A stretch of DNA of 64,000 nt, taken from NCBI RefSeq assembly GCF_964355755.1, contig NC_092672.1, positions 11,098,001-11,162,000 on the forward strand, given 5' to 3'. The translations under genes were made by a program, and so were the position numbers. This document shows, one piece after another, positions 1 to 24,149 of the stretch (position 1 is its first letter; the number at the start of each line of letters is the position of its first letter). Source of the DNA: Antedon mediterranea. Lineage: Eukaryota > Animalia > Echinodermata. The notes under the pieces were generated by a model that worked only from the letters and a program-made list of their open reading frames with translations, was not told the origin of the DNA and ran no database searches.

Positions 1-662
1 AGGACGCCAATATGAAATAAACCTGACCAAAAGGGAACATCAAAAAGCTTAGTTTTCCTAAGGTTTCTGAAACACTCACGCTTAGGGGGTAACAAGCTTC
101 CAATATATAAAAAAATATATATATAAAAATATATCTGAAATTATAAGCATTATAAATATATTTGGATAAATTATTAATGGTTCTTGGATCCTGTGATATC
201 ATTAAACGGCAAAATTTAAATGTATTAGGATTTTTGAAAAATAGGCCCTCCTAAGTAGGTATAAATTATTTTCGGATCACAAAACGAGTGAGAATACATT
301 CAACTTTCCCATTATTTTTCTGTTTTTTTTTCATTCATGTTCATTCATCTCATGTTTTCTATTTTAATTTTGATCACTCATTTTATTACTAGTAGCATGT
401 AAGAATATATTTAGATGGGATGAGAAGAGATCTGTACTTTGTCCAGTTTTCATTCTTTATGTGGTCTCTGAAACCGCCATCACAATTTCAGCATGTACAG
501 GGGCACATTATTTATTAAAACTGAATTACCATACAGAATAGTAAAAGTGGGTAGTTTTGGCGTAAATATATCTGCCTAAACCGAAACTGCTTAAGTTGAG
601 TCTGTCCTGGCTTAATACTGTATTGTCTTGTATGATATGTCTGTCTTCTCTCGTTAATGTAA

Positions 663-12051
<11,389 letters not shown>

Positions 12052-12875
12052 ACTGCTATACCATACATCGTTGATACATTCAGTCAAGTCGCGGCCTAAA
12101 AAAATTACCAGATGCGAATTAATGTTAAAATTTAAATTAAATTTTACTTTATACTTTTGTTGAATATAATTTATATTATTTACGGTATTATATTTATATT
12201 ATTTATCTATGGGATTCTATATGGTGATGATAAAGATCAAATAAATTATTTTCTTCAGCATGAATTATTGCTTGTTTTATTTTTTTGATGATTATCTCAG
12301 TATCTTTAACGATAGATTTCAACTGTTTACACTCCTGAATACGTTTTTGAAAACACCCTCAAAATTATTTTTAAAAAACGTATATAATTATAATGATAGA
12401 AAATGCAATCTTTCTATATTTGGTGTGGTCAATTCAGATTTTAGGTACACTTCTCGAGTATTAGAATATAAGCCAACCGTCGTAGGCCTACTGGGTTATA
12501 ATATTTTTTTATTTGTTATTATAAACTTGAGAAAATATTCTTAGGAAGTTAGTATCGAAGAAACTAATTTGGATATGAAGTGAACTGAAACATATCCTGC
12601 AATCGTACGTATGATGAACATTCAAAACACATTTCCACACAATTCCAATTTTGATGCCCACCACTACATAAATGTGTCACCCACCCATAATTTCCTAGAT
12701 ATCATTATTTTTTAATGCTGAAATTATAAGCATGATCAATTATTAATTGTTCTCGGGTACCGTGACCACACAAGGCAGCAGAATTTAGAAGTCTTAGGGT
12801 GGCGGTTTTCTATAAATGAATTTTTGAGTTTTCTGTTCAATCATAGTCACCGCATCTAAAGAAGGATATTATTAT

Positions 12876-13015
12876 CGTGCAACTAGGTTAGTGCCAGAAC
12901 TCTCAAATCTGTCTCCACATGAACGCCTTTCCAGGTTGGGTCTATCGTCCCCCGAAGATATACGTAGTAGAGGTGACATGATTGAAACTTATAAGATTGT
13001 TCATGGTCTCAAAAA
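12876..13015 (+). mobile_element. CR1/L2-type LINE ORF2 C-terminal relic
   Basis: LVPELSNLSPHERLSRLGLSS..RSRGDMIETYKIVHG matches the CR1 ERL..LGL.SLE.RR.RGD.IE.YK motif. Confidence 0.75.
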
Positions 13016-13499
13016 TGTTTGTTTTTTTGATTTTGACTTTCCAAAATATGTATCTTCTGAGTGTTTTGACACCAATTACGACCATATGTATCTTCTGAGT
13101 GTTACGACCATATCCACCCAACAATTTCTGAGTTGGCTCTAGAGGGTATTCAGTTGCATGTCTACAGTACAGGTTTAGGTCTCACACAAACAGGCTACAA
13201 CACATTAAAGTTCAAAATTGACCATTTTTAAATGCCATTTTTGAATTAGTAGTTGTTGGCAAATAATACATTGTTGGAAAGGTACACATGTCTTCTTTCA
13301 AATGCTGTGTATACAATTAACTAGTGGAAAAATGGGCATGTGATTCATAATTAAAGAACTATCTGTGATTTGTATGTATCTTTGCGATTAAAGGAAATCT
13401 TTTTAATAATTAATCATAAATTAATCAAAAGAACAATGATTAATTTTAAATTTTCGAGCGGCGTTTTTTGTAAAAAATATTTCTTGTTTAATTTATTTG

Positions 13500-13615
13500 T
13501 TTTTATTTCGATTTTTGTCTGAAAATACAAACTCAAGTAGTATACGTATGAAACGCCATATGTGCCAAAATACTTATCTTTTTAATAATTAAAACAAAAC
13601 TCCGTCTGGAACCCA
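13500..13615. repeat. Dispersed repeat of about 130 bp (other copies 38473-38610 and 48236-48380, inverted)
   Basis: Shared tctgaaaatacaa..caagtagtatacgtatgaaacgccatatgtg..aaaactccgtctggaaccca. Confidence 0.75.
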
Positions 13616-13938
13616 TACTAACCCAGTAGCTACCAAGTTACGCAAAGTCTTAACTTTGACCACTATTGACCCTTTGGCCCCTGTACTTACCAAGCATCCC
13701 AATTTTTTTATTTTTTTTTTCTGGGAGAACCTATAACACTAGACTTGTTACTATATTAAGTCAAAACTTCGTCTGGAACCCAGACTACTATAACACAAGA
13801 ATTTCCTGTTCGTCCGAAATGCGTAAAATGTTCGAAAGGCATTGTAGGAACAGAATACTAAGCCATTGTGAGAAATAGAGTAGCGCGCCCTCAACATGTT
13901 AGAAAGGTAAAATCTTGTTGCTATACTGTAGAGGAGAT

Positions 13939-16480
13939 ATTTTTATTTATTTGTTGACTCATTCACCTTTGGATCGGTGGCACTCACAAAATGCGGTGCA
14001 GCGGTCCAAAAACAAAACATAACAATTTGAAAAAGAAACAAAAAGAAGGAAAACATAATGAGAGAAAAAAAAAGAAAAAAAAACAAAGAAATTTAAACTA
14101 TAATAATACAAGCAACAATACAACAAAAACAGTCATTGGGAATATTTCAACGAAGACCGTTTTTCCCATGACAAGCTTAAATATCTATTACAGAATGTAT
14201 CGAATGCCTTGTAAGAATTGTCAGATAGAAGAATAGACTCTCCTCCTAAGATAAAACTTAGTTTGCTTTCATCATTTGCATTTAAATATTGTGTCCATAT
14301 GCCATAATCATTACAGAGTGTCAATTCATTTCTAGTTTTCTTAATTCGTCTTTTCTGATTTCACCTAAAGCATTACAGTTCAATAAAAAATGGTTAATAT
14401 CTTCAGATTCACCATTAATACATAGAGTGCAAAAGCCTGTGGTTTCATTTGACCACTTACTTGTTTTGCATTCTAGAGGTAGGGTGTTTGATCTAGCCTT
14501 AAACTTTAGGCTGGCACCATAGAAATTTGTTTTGTCTAGAAGATATTTGTCTAATTTTGGTTCGGGTTTTAATTTGGAGTAAATGTTTAAAGAAGTTTTG
14601 TTTAGTAAATTATTTGACCACTCTGATTTATATGATTTAGACAAGGCTTTTTCAATATTCCTAACAGAAAATAGTGTGAACGACAGATTATTGATCTTAG
14701 ACACTTTATCATAAAAGTTCACACCATTTGTACATTTGTCAAAGGTATCAGCACAACTACTTAAGAATTTATACTTTAGGTTATTTAAGTTGCAATCAAT
14801 TTGTACCATACAGTGTAGAGCAATATTTGGCCACCTACCAACATCCATTTCTATAAATCTATTGAATAACTTTGTCTTTGACAATTCGCGTATTTGAGAT
14901 AAAGGGGCCAACCAAGATCACCTTAAAGGGCTTCACGGGGTGTGTATCGTGGAACCTTTAGTATATAACGTGTTATTTGTAGTTTCTTTTCTAAGTCTTC
15001 ATTATCTTTCATTGATCTACTATTTACCAAACACTACTAGCATAATTGATTGATGGAAGTCCGATTGCCTTCCAAAGTATATTACCATAATATATTCCAT
15101 TAAAGTTATCAAGATTAGATATTATACCTTTGATGTAAGCTATTAGTCGGTTTCCTTTCTGTTTAACATGTTCATAATGTGTGTGCTCTCTTAAATTTGA
15201 CGTGATATAGACGCCCAAATCTTTGTAATAATTATTTACCTCTTTAATGGTCTTTTCCCCTAATTTCCAATTTTTATTCATATTATTTATGCGTTTACCT
15301 ACAACCATAATATTGGTATTGTCGTGATTAAAACCTAATTTCAATTCATTAGCAAATCTACCTGCAATTTCTAACATTTTTGTCATTTCTTTTTCGTCAT
15401 TAGCTATTAGAATAACATCATCGGCTCAAAAAAGGCCACCCATCCAACTACCATTCAATTGGACACCTAAATTACTATCACGAAGAAGTTTAACAAACTC
15501 ATTAATAAAAATTGAAAATAAAATTGGTGAGAGGACACACCCTTGCTTTACACCTTTATGAATATCAAATTCATCTGTCAAACTTTCTCCTACTTTAACT
15601 TTAGCTTTAACTAACTTTTAGCAAATAAGCCTCCAAACTTTCCCCTTTACACCTGCGTCCCATACAGATTTTAAAAGGCCATCCCGCCAAACACTATCAA
15701 AAGCTTTGCGGAAGTCCAGGAAGGCTAGATGTGTAGTTTTGCCTATATTTGATCAGCAACATAAAATACTCTTTAGAGTGAAGATGTGGTCAGATCTAAA
15801 GCCTCCCTGAACTTTCGAAAGAAAGTTATCTTCTATAAAATTTGATATGTACATAGTGGTTACTCTATTAAATATTTTTGACACGCAAGAAGTTAATGAA
15901 ATGCCTCTATAATTGTTTAGATCTTTACGATCTCCTTTTTTAAAGATTGGGACAATGATACTTAAGTTCCACTCACTTGGTATTTTTTCTAGTTCAACAA
16001 TTTTGTTGAATAGGACAAGGAGGGATGTTTCTAAAGCGACACCCCCATTTTTAAGGAGTTCATTTGTTATACCATCTATCCCGGGGGCTTTGTTATTTTT
16101 GGCATTTGACAGTGCTTCTCTAATTATTTCGAGGTTAAATTTAATATTAGATAGTATATTCTCATCATTGTCTGTGTCATCTATAGAGTGCATTTCACTA
16201 TCTGCCCGCTTTGTCAAGTACGAAAAACAATCGTGACCTTGTTCATCTTTACCAAGATTCTCCCAATAATTTTTAACAGTAGTAAGAATTTCTTCTTTAT
16301 CACATGTTGTTTCATTACAATCTTGTGGGAGTCTAATACAATTAATACCAGATTTACTTTTTTTGTCATTTGACCCTTTAAGGATTTCCCAAAAATCTCT
16401 AGAAGAGGGTCCACCTTTTTTGGCAATTTTAATAGATTTCTTTACTTTAGCTTCAATGATTTTTTTTTAAATCAGGTTTT
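13939..16480 (-). mobile_element. Degenerate non-LTR retrotransposon (RT plus C-terminal CCHC; RTEX-like), 5' truncated
   Basis: Frameshifted ORFs carry KAPGIDGI, PIFKKGD..NYRGISL, FLDFRKAFDSV, GVKQGCVLSPILF, ADD, DLGV and CTLC....EDINHFLLNC; (TAAA)-like 3' tail near 13940. Confidence 0.9.
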
Positions 16481-16677
16481 TTACATGATGATTACATGGT
16501 ACTTCCCTTGTAAACGGGAACTCTTATCGAAATGTATAACTTATGGGGATTCTACTGTAATACATAAAAATTGTTTTTTTTTTCATTTACCTTAAAATAA
16601 TAGTGATAAAACGCACATTTTACATAGTATTTAGCCAATTTAAAAGTTGGATGTACACCATCGTAGATACCATACCA

Positions 16678-17020
16678 TTATTTTTGCAATGCATTTATTT
16701 TTAGATACGTTCTAAACAACTTAAATGAAGTTGGAAGTGTATCAACATTGAGACTATTCCATATAATTGCTCCACGATAAGAAAGACCTCGTTTTTTAAA
16801 ATCGGTTTTTGGCTTCGGGATGAATAGATGTGTATCACTGTGCCTTAGATTATAATTTATATCATTGTATGTAAACACATTATTTAGGTAAGGTGGGGCA
16901 TTACGTGTCAACACCTTATAAATACCCATACAACATTCATATCTATTATGATAAAATAAAGGTGACCAATTAATTTGTCTTAGTGCCTCACTACTAGGTG
17001 TGTCCGATTCTGTTTTAGAG
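16678..17020 (-). mobile_element. CR1/L2 (Crack-like) LINE 3' relic
   Basis: YKVL...APPYL...YNLR....L.IPKPKT...K...SYRGAIIWNSL motif. Confidence 0.75.
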
Positions 17021-18041
17021 AACTAGGCCTACTTGTCCAAAAAACTTCATTTTAATCCGATGTTAAATTCCGATTATTTTCTGAATGTATAAAGTCAGTG
17101 ATAAAAATAGATTCCCATCATCGGATTACAGTTGTTTAAAGCCAGTTTTTTTCTACTAGCCAAATTTATTCGCGAGAATCCAAATGAACATACGTATTAA
17201 TATTTTCATCTACTTTTTGTGACGCTGAAAAATACCAATTGTAACTCAATAATGTTCGATTCACGCGAAAATATAATAATTGGCTAATGAAAGAAAGACA
17301 TGACCGGTGTAGTTTGCGTTTGTGAACGCATAACATTCTAAACAAGGTATTTAACTCCGATATTAGAGAAATGGTTATTGTGAAATTCCTGTTGTATACA
17401 GACATTCAATTCTTGCTAGGCCTACTATTTGGTCTACTTTTTGCTAGTTATGGAAAACAACATTATTATTGTTTTCCGTCACATACGAATACTAATCCCG
17501 CCCATTACCGTGATACCGTACTTGCTTTAAGTAAATTGATTGGTTGTGCTACTCAATCTTCACGCCAATCACTGTCAAGCAATAATTAGGCCATTAACAA
17601 CCAGCTAAAATTCATCAACAGACATCAATTCAATATCGAAGCGTCGGCGGTTCACATGTTGAAATGACGCTAGAAGTGTACATCAACCAACTTTATATCA
17701 GAAATCTCACAAAGAAAAACTGGAATTGTATCTGTATAGGCCTATATTAATTAACCCGTATACTGTGAGTCAGCGGCCGTGGCTATAGCCAATGTATAAC
17801 GGTCCTCGGTACTGGATATACAAAATGTACGACAACTTCGGATAAATCTATTTATCTTTAGTATTCAGTTTTCATTTGTGGAAGTTAGTCGAGTAAGTAC
17901 ACTACTATTTCTTTCCCTGACTTAAAATTAGATTATATCTAGAATTGTGTGTTTACAGTGTCTCGTAATAAATATCAAACAAGATATAGCATACATTTTG
18001 TTGTAACACACTTATGGAACATAATTAGACGTACACATAAT

Positions 18042-21000
18042 CAGGGGCGGTCGCAGGACTATTTTAAGGGGCTATGCCCAGGTTAGAGTTTTGTAGGACA
18101 CGGAGGCCCCCATGTTTGGGGCTGTGGCGAAGCGAATTTTGTTAAATGACACCCCTAGATGGCTGGAAATTGTATTCTCACACGTATAATTCACGATAAA
18201 CGGCACCTCTAGCTTGCAAGAAATGACACTCTAATAATAGCCTACTTATTCTGCCTGTGTAGGGAACTACACAATTTTTAGTTCAATACGAACGTCGGGG
18301 CAAAGTTCCCGATGAAGGTAATGCCGTTACGGTACCGCATTCTGATAATCTATATATAAATTTACGTAAGGGCAAAATTCGGTAAATCGCGCCTTAATTC
18401 TAGAATTTTCACTCGATGGTATGTAAAGTTGGTTCGTACTTTCGGTACTGATTTTAACCGCCTGATGTAACCCTGTTTACTAATTAAATTGAGTTAGATA
18501 ATTAGTTATTGACGATTAAAACGAATTTAGGTTCAACGATTTGCCCCAAATAGGGGTGTTTTCCGATCATGGAATACACTGTCTAATGGATGTCCATCTT
18601 GAAAAATACCCGCCAAAAAAATGCGAGGAGGCTTCGCATTTTTCTATCTCCTCCTACGATAATTGTTTTTAATAGCTGAAAACCGGTTGAACAGCTAGAG
18701 TACACCATCATAATGTTGAAGACAGGCCGATTTTCTTTAAAAAATACTATTTTGATAGATTTAATATACGATTATACAAATGTATTGATTTGCGATGAAT
18801 GGAACATCCCAATCTCTCAGTCTGCCAGAGTTTGGTTTAACACAAGTACTGTAGGTAAATTTATGAGCCCTTGGTTTAACACATACGGTAGGTAAATATA
18901 TGGGCCCTTTGAGAATAAACTTGCAATACTTTGACAATACTGTAAATACCTATTAACTATTTTTCATTTGAATCGAACATTTCTTACTGTGAATGTTCGT
19001 ACTGTTAGATGTAATATAAAAATATATACAAATAAACTTTATTACTGAGACTGTGGATAGGCTCTACTGTTAGATATACAAATAAACTTTATACTGACAT
19101 TTCCTTCTCAACGTTTGTATTAATTAATAATTACCAAAAATATAAACGTCGTAGTGGTGTATCGTGACATGTACTTTAATATTTCAATCGATTATGACAG
19201 TGACAGTTTTAACAAAGTATTAAATCGCAAATGTTTTAGGCCTACTGTATTTAGAGGTATATTATTTATAGGCCTATAAAACCTGAACAAAATATTTCGT
19301 TACTCAGTGGATAAAGAATATATTTAAAAATTGTTCCTCTTTGTACCTATCCGCTTTCCCATCCCTCAACCCTAATGTTACATAGCGAGGAGGCTTCGCA
19401 TTTTCCTATCTCCTCCTACGATAATTGTTTGTAATAGCTGAAAACCGGTTGAACAGCTAGAGTACACCATCATAATGTTGAAGACAGGCCGATTTTCTTT
19501 AAAAAATACTATTTTGATAGATTGCTAGAGTACACCATCATAATGTTGAAGACAGGCAGATTTTCTTTAAAAAATACTATTTTGATAGATTTAATATACG
19601 ATTATACAAATGTATTGATTTGCGATGAATGGAACATCCCAATCTCTCAGTCTGCCAGAGTTTGGTTTAACACAAGTACTGTAGGTAAATTTATGAGCCC
19701 TTGGTTTAACACATACGGTAGGTAAATATATGGGCCCTTTGAGAATAAACTTGCAATAGGTTCGGAAAATGTTAAAAACCAATTTCTATTATTTGAATCG
19801 GTAAACAGTTTCCATTTATTATACATTGATAATGAAACATGAAATATTCCTATTTATGTCCCTCGAGGTTCATTACAATTTATATTTAGTAGTCCCACGG
19901 ACTTCATCTTAGCCACTCCCCCGAGTGCTAAGGCCAAATTTATGATACCCTACTTTCTATGTAAGTTTAGTTACAGTTAGTTCTTGACGATAATACAACG
20001 AATTTAGGTTACACCCTTCGGCCGCGAAAACGTTTCTGTACAAATATGATACCGATTGGCTTTATTTCATTCAACAGCGACCATAATCTCGCCAATTACA
20101 GGATAGATAAACTATTTTATTATTGATGTGCTTATAAATTAAGACTCATGTAAACAGCTTGATTACATCATTTTACAGACAAACGAAACTTTTTTAAACC
20201 TACTGTTTCAATAACTGAGTATAATACTGTATACGTTTTCATAAGTAAGTGCATATACATTTTCGTGTTTTCATTGACGAGATTGTAATAGTAACTTCAG
20301 TAACTATTACAGTACTTATTATACGACACAAGACAATTGTATCTGACAGGTACGTACATTATTCTAAAAAATAAGTCTAGATAGATCCCAGGCGTCATAA
20401 ATCACAGGCCAACAAATCAGTACTCATGACAGAAATTGGTTCACACAAATGTTTACAGGAAGTTCAACACCACAACCGATGATTTGCCCTAAATATTTAG
20501 GTAGACTACAGTTTAATTTTTCACTGAATAGGAGCTTGAATTTCCGATTTCCATTTCGCAGAATGTCTAGGTCTATTTATTTAGTTTGGTTCTTATAATA
20601 TATAAATACAATCAACTTTATTACTGCGGTTCCATCACCACCACCACGTGCCGCCCAATTCCCGTACATACATTTCCATTTCTCCCTAATTTCTTTAATC
20701 CACATAAATTAATTGTCCTTTATGGAATCCAGTATTGGTTTTGTTGTCTCTATTTCTGAATACCCCAATTAGGGGGACACTTCCGTTTTTGTTTAGTGTC
20801 CCAAAAAAGTCCCCGTCCGTGGATTCTACTGTATTCGAGAACCATCTGTGAGCACCCCTAGATGGTACGCGAGCGAAGCGAGCGTGCCATCTAGTTATAT
20901 TCAATTAATGTAAATTAATTATTTAATTATAATGATTAAAAAGTTAGACAAAAAAATTTAAAGCTGCTGCTATAAATATTAAGCGAAATTTTGAATTGTA

Positions 21001-21766
21001 TTTTTGAAATAAATGCTAAATAAGCCAGTAAATTCCCAAAATGTATTCATTATAATGTCAATTATTGACGTTTTGTAAAAATAATATTTATAGGCCTATA
21101 TTTAGGTCTACTTTATAAAAATTAAACCTGGTCATTCCTTGTCTTAAATGTACACTCTTGGCTAATTATGATAAAAATAAAAAAACACTTATTTTTTCTT
21201 ATTGTTTAACCATCATTTTAAAGATGAAAAAATCGCATTAAGATGTTAATTAAAATGTATAAATAAAGCATGGCAATACAAGACATCATTAATATTATAC
21301 TTATAACTGTGTCTATCTTGTTTTTATTTCGGGTAGAGGCTATTATAATTTATTTAAAAACAACCTTACTTTATTTAATGTACGAATATACGGTAAAACA
21401 GGGAATTATATATTTCCGAATTAAGTGTGATCGTACGACCTCTAATAAGAGACCAAATACTAAAAGAGCGTCACATGGCGCTACACCAGTCATAAGATCT
21501 GTGCTGGTCTGCTGGTCGGCTAAAGACACAAATCCACGCGTGGACTTTAAAACACTGGTCGGCCGGGCCAAATACAATGTGTGCACGGTATAATTGATTA
21601 AATCGTAAGCGCGCTGCTGTGGTCAATACAATATTATCTGACAGCCCTGGTAACGACGTTATTATAGATATGACATATGAAATGGGATCTTTAATAGTGA
21701 TTAAATATATTTGGTATGAAGAGTGTTGCCCAGACAACTGGGGCAACACCCCTGCGTCCGCCCCTG
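18042..21766. mobile_element. hAT-like non-autonomous element hosting a Helitron
   Basis: TIR CAGGGGCGGTCGCAGG / CCTGCGTCCGCCCCTG; no clean 8-bp TSD; homologous fragment at 1318-2070. Confidence 0.6.
18349..20894 (+). mobile_element. Non-autonomous Helitron
   Basis: 5' A|TCTATATATAAA; 3' GC-rich hairpin 20858-20894 ending CTAG|T; no TSD; empty-site homolog at 1360|1361. Confidence 0.75.
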
Positions 21767-22044
21767 ATTATGATATATGATAAATAACCATTTATAGCAA
21801 CGCAATTCACGTCAGGAAAGTGAAAACATATTATATGGTAATTATTGTTAGTTGTATGCTATTGTCACAAAGTTACAGTGTTAACGAATCGTAATTGAAT
21901 AATTCAGTCGCACCACCAACGTAAATAAATATTTTAAGTACCTTTTAATAATGTAAAAAATTGTCACAATTCAGTTTTTCTGTGAAGATGATTTTAATAA
22001 ATATACCATTATGATTGAATGAATGAATGAATGAACGAATGAAA

Positions 22045-22660
22045 ACCTTTGGTGAACCAGTATCACACCAACGTATGTCAACCTTTAGTGAACCAGTATC
22101 ACACTAACGTATGTCAACCGTTTATGGGTGAACCAGTATCACACCAACGTAAGTCAACCGTTTATGGGTGAACCAGTATCACACCAACGGAAGTCAACCG
22201 TTTATGAGTGAACCAGTATCAGACCAACGTATGTCAACCTTTGGTGAACCAGTATCACACCAACGTAAGTCAACCGTCTATGGGTGAACCAGTATTACAC
22301 CAACGTAAGTCAACCATTTATGGGTGAACCAGTATCACACCAACGTATGTCAACGTTTCATGAACCAGTATCACACCAATGTTAACCGTCCGGAAAACTG
22401 TTCTCAACCAGTATAACACCAACGTATGTCAACCTTTGGTGAACCAGTATCACACGAATGTTAACCGTCGGGAAAACCGCTCTCAATCGGTATCACATCA
22501 ACGTATGTCAACCTTTGGTGAACCAGTTGGGGAGAAACGTCCGCAACCAGTATCACACCAACCGTCGTATGTCAACCGATTGGTGAACGGTGGACGTATA
22601 CGCAAATCACATAATTATAGCTGAACCAGATCGCACGTCAACCACCATGTAAACCAGTCA
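22045..22660. repeat. 35-39-bp minisatellite (ggtgaaccagtatcacaccaacgtatgtcaaccgtttatg)
   Basis: Directly visible tandem units that degenerate to the right. Confidence 0.9.
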
Positions 22661-24149
22661 CACATTAAAGCTGCGTCGTCTTTTTTGTTCTCGAGTGAAG
22701 AGACCCACACATACTGCAGCATATCTAATGTTCGAATCCTGCTTTCCAGTGGACGTTGAGTTGCGTTGAGTTTTCAAATCTTTAAAGTTGAGAATAGATA
22801 GGCCTAAAGCCTGTTTTTCTGTCGACGTCGTAACGTGACGGCGAGTTGCGTTTTTAAATCGTTAATGTTGAAAATAAATAGCGATAACGATGATCGAGCC
22901 GAACCGTCAATATTTAAACACTTTCACGCGATCGTTCATGGTTTCTTGGTTATTCGAGCGTTGCTTGAACACGCGGACGACGTAAACTGTTGCAAAAACA
23001 AGGGCCTGCGTCAAAATTAAAAAAGCTACGGGCTTTTATGCTTCAACACAAGCACATGACATGTTTTCGCTGATATCTTAATCCAGGCTTACACTAAAGA
23101 CAAACATTAAATTAAATTGTTTTTATATTATACAATTATTAGTTTGACTTACACTTGTTATTTTGAAATATCAGACTTTAACAGTATACAAAAATTGTGA
23201 AAAACATCGTCGCGTTGTAAAAATTCAAGAATTGTCAGCGCGTACCTATTTTTTTTCACAAACTGCAATGACATAATTTGTGAATCATTTGATTCGTCAG
23301 TTTTAACGATCGTAACGTTGAACTTGGTTCAACTTTAACGATTGCAGAGTTTAACTATTTTAACGTTGATTTTTATCCCCTTTTCCTGTAAAATCGTGGT
23401 ATCTTGTTAAGCGTGGTTCCCACTGGAACGCAACGCAACGACGTATCGACGCAAAGTGCTAATATTTACGTACGTATTTTGTTCACCAGCTTTGATGACA
23501 TAATTTGTGAATTTTTATTGATTGGTCAATGTTAATGATCGTATCGTTAAATTTGAACTCGGTTCGGTTCAATTTTACGATTGCAATCGTTGAATTGTTT
23601 TAACGATTTTTTAGCGAATATTTTTAACCCCTTTTCTGTCTGTATAATAATTAACAAGAGCACAGGCTTATATTTTATACATCGTCATTCCTTTATACAG
23701 GTCATTATATTATTTCAATAATTTATTACTCAGCATTAAGCCTATACCGAACCTGACAGCAGCGTCTGAAGCATGCCCACTACTGATAACTAATACTGAC
23801 ACCGTATACTAATTAACTAATCTTAGCATGGATAGTGCGTTTGACGTAATACATTCTTTTAATATTACCTAGCGACAATTAACATTATTGATTATTATTA
23901 GAAATTAGTGCACATATTCCTTTAAAATAAACGAGTATATGTTGAACCAAGTTGAGGTAAATCCGGTACCTTTGGTTAACACTGATCAGAACATTATTTT
24001 TGGCATGTTAACATAGACATATGTATTATGTTTCCTATACACAATTAAATTGAACCAAAAAATATTGGTAGATATGGCCTATTGTATGTATATTGATTTA
24101 ATGAATAGAAATCAATGATTATTGGTGGATTTATTATTGTATATTTTGA

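Noticed and set aside
18713-19725. Duplicated 60-67-aa ORF MLKTGRFSLK...
   Set aside because: Arises from an internal duplication in the Helitron; no recognisable domain or splice structure.
22045-22660. Regularly spaced 35-39-bp repeats resembling a CRISPR array
   Set aside because: No unique spacers, units are contiguous, no cas genes, eukaryotic context; an ordinary minisatellite.
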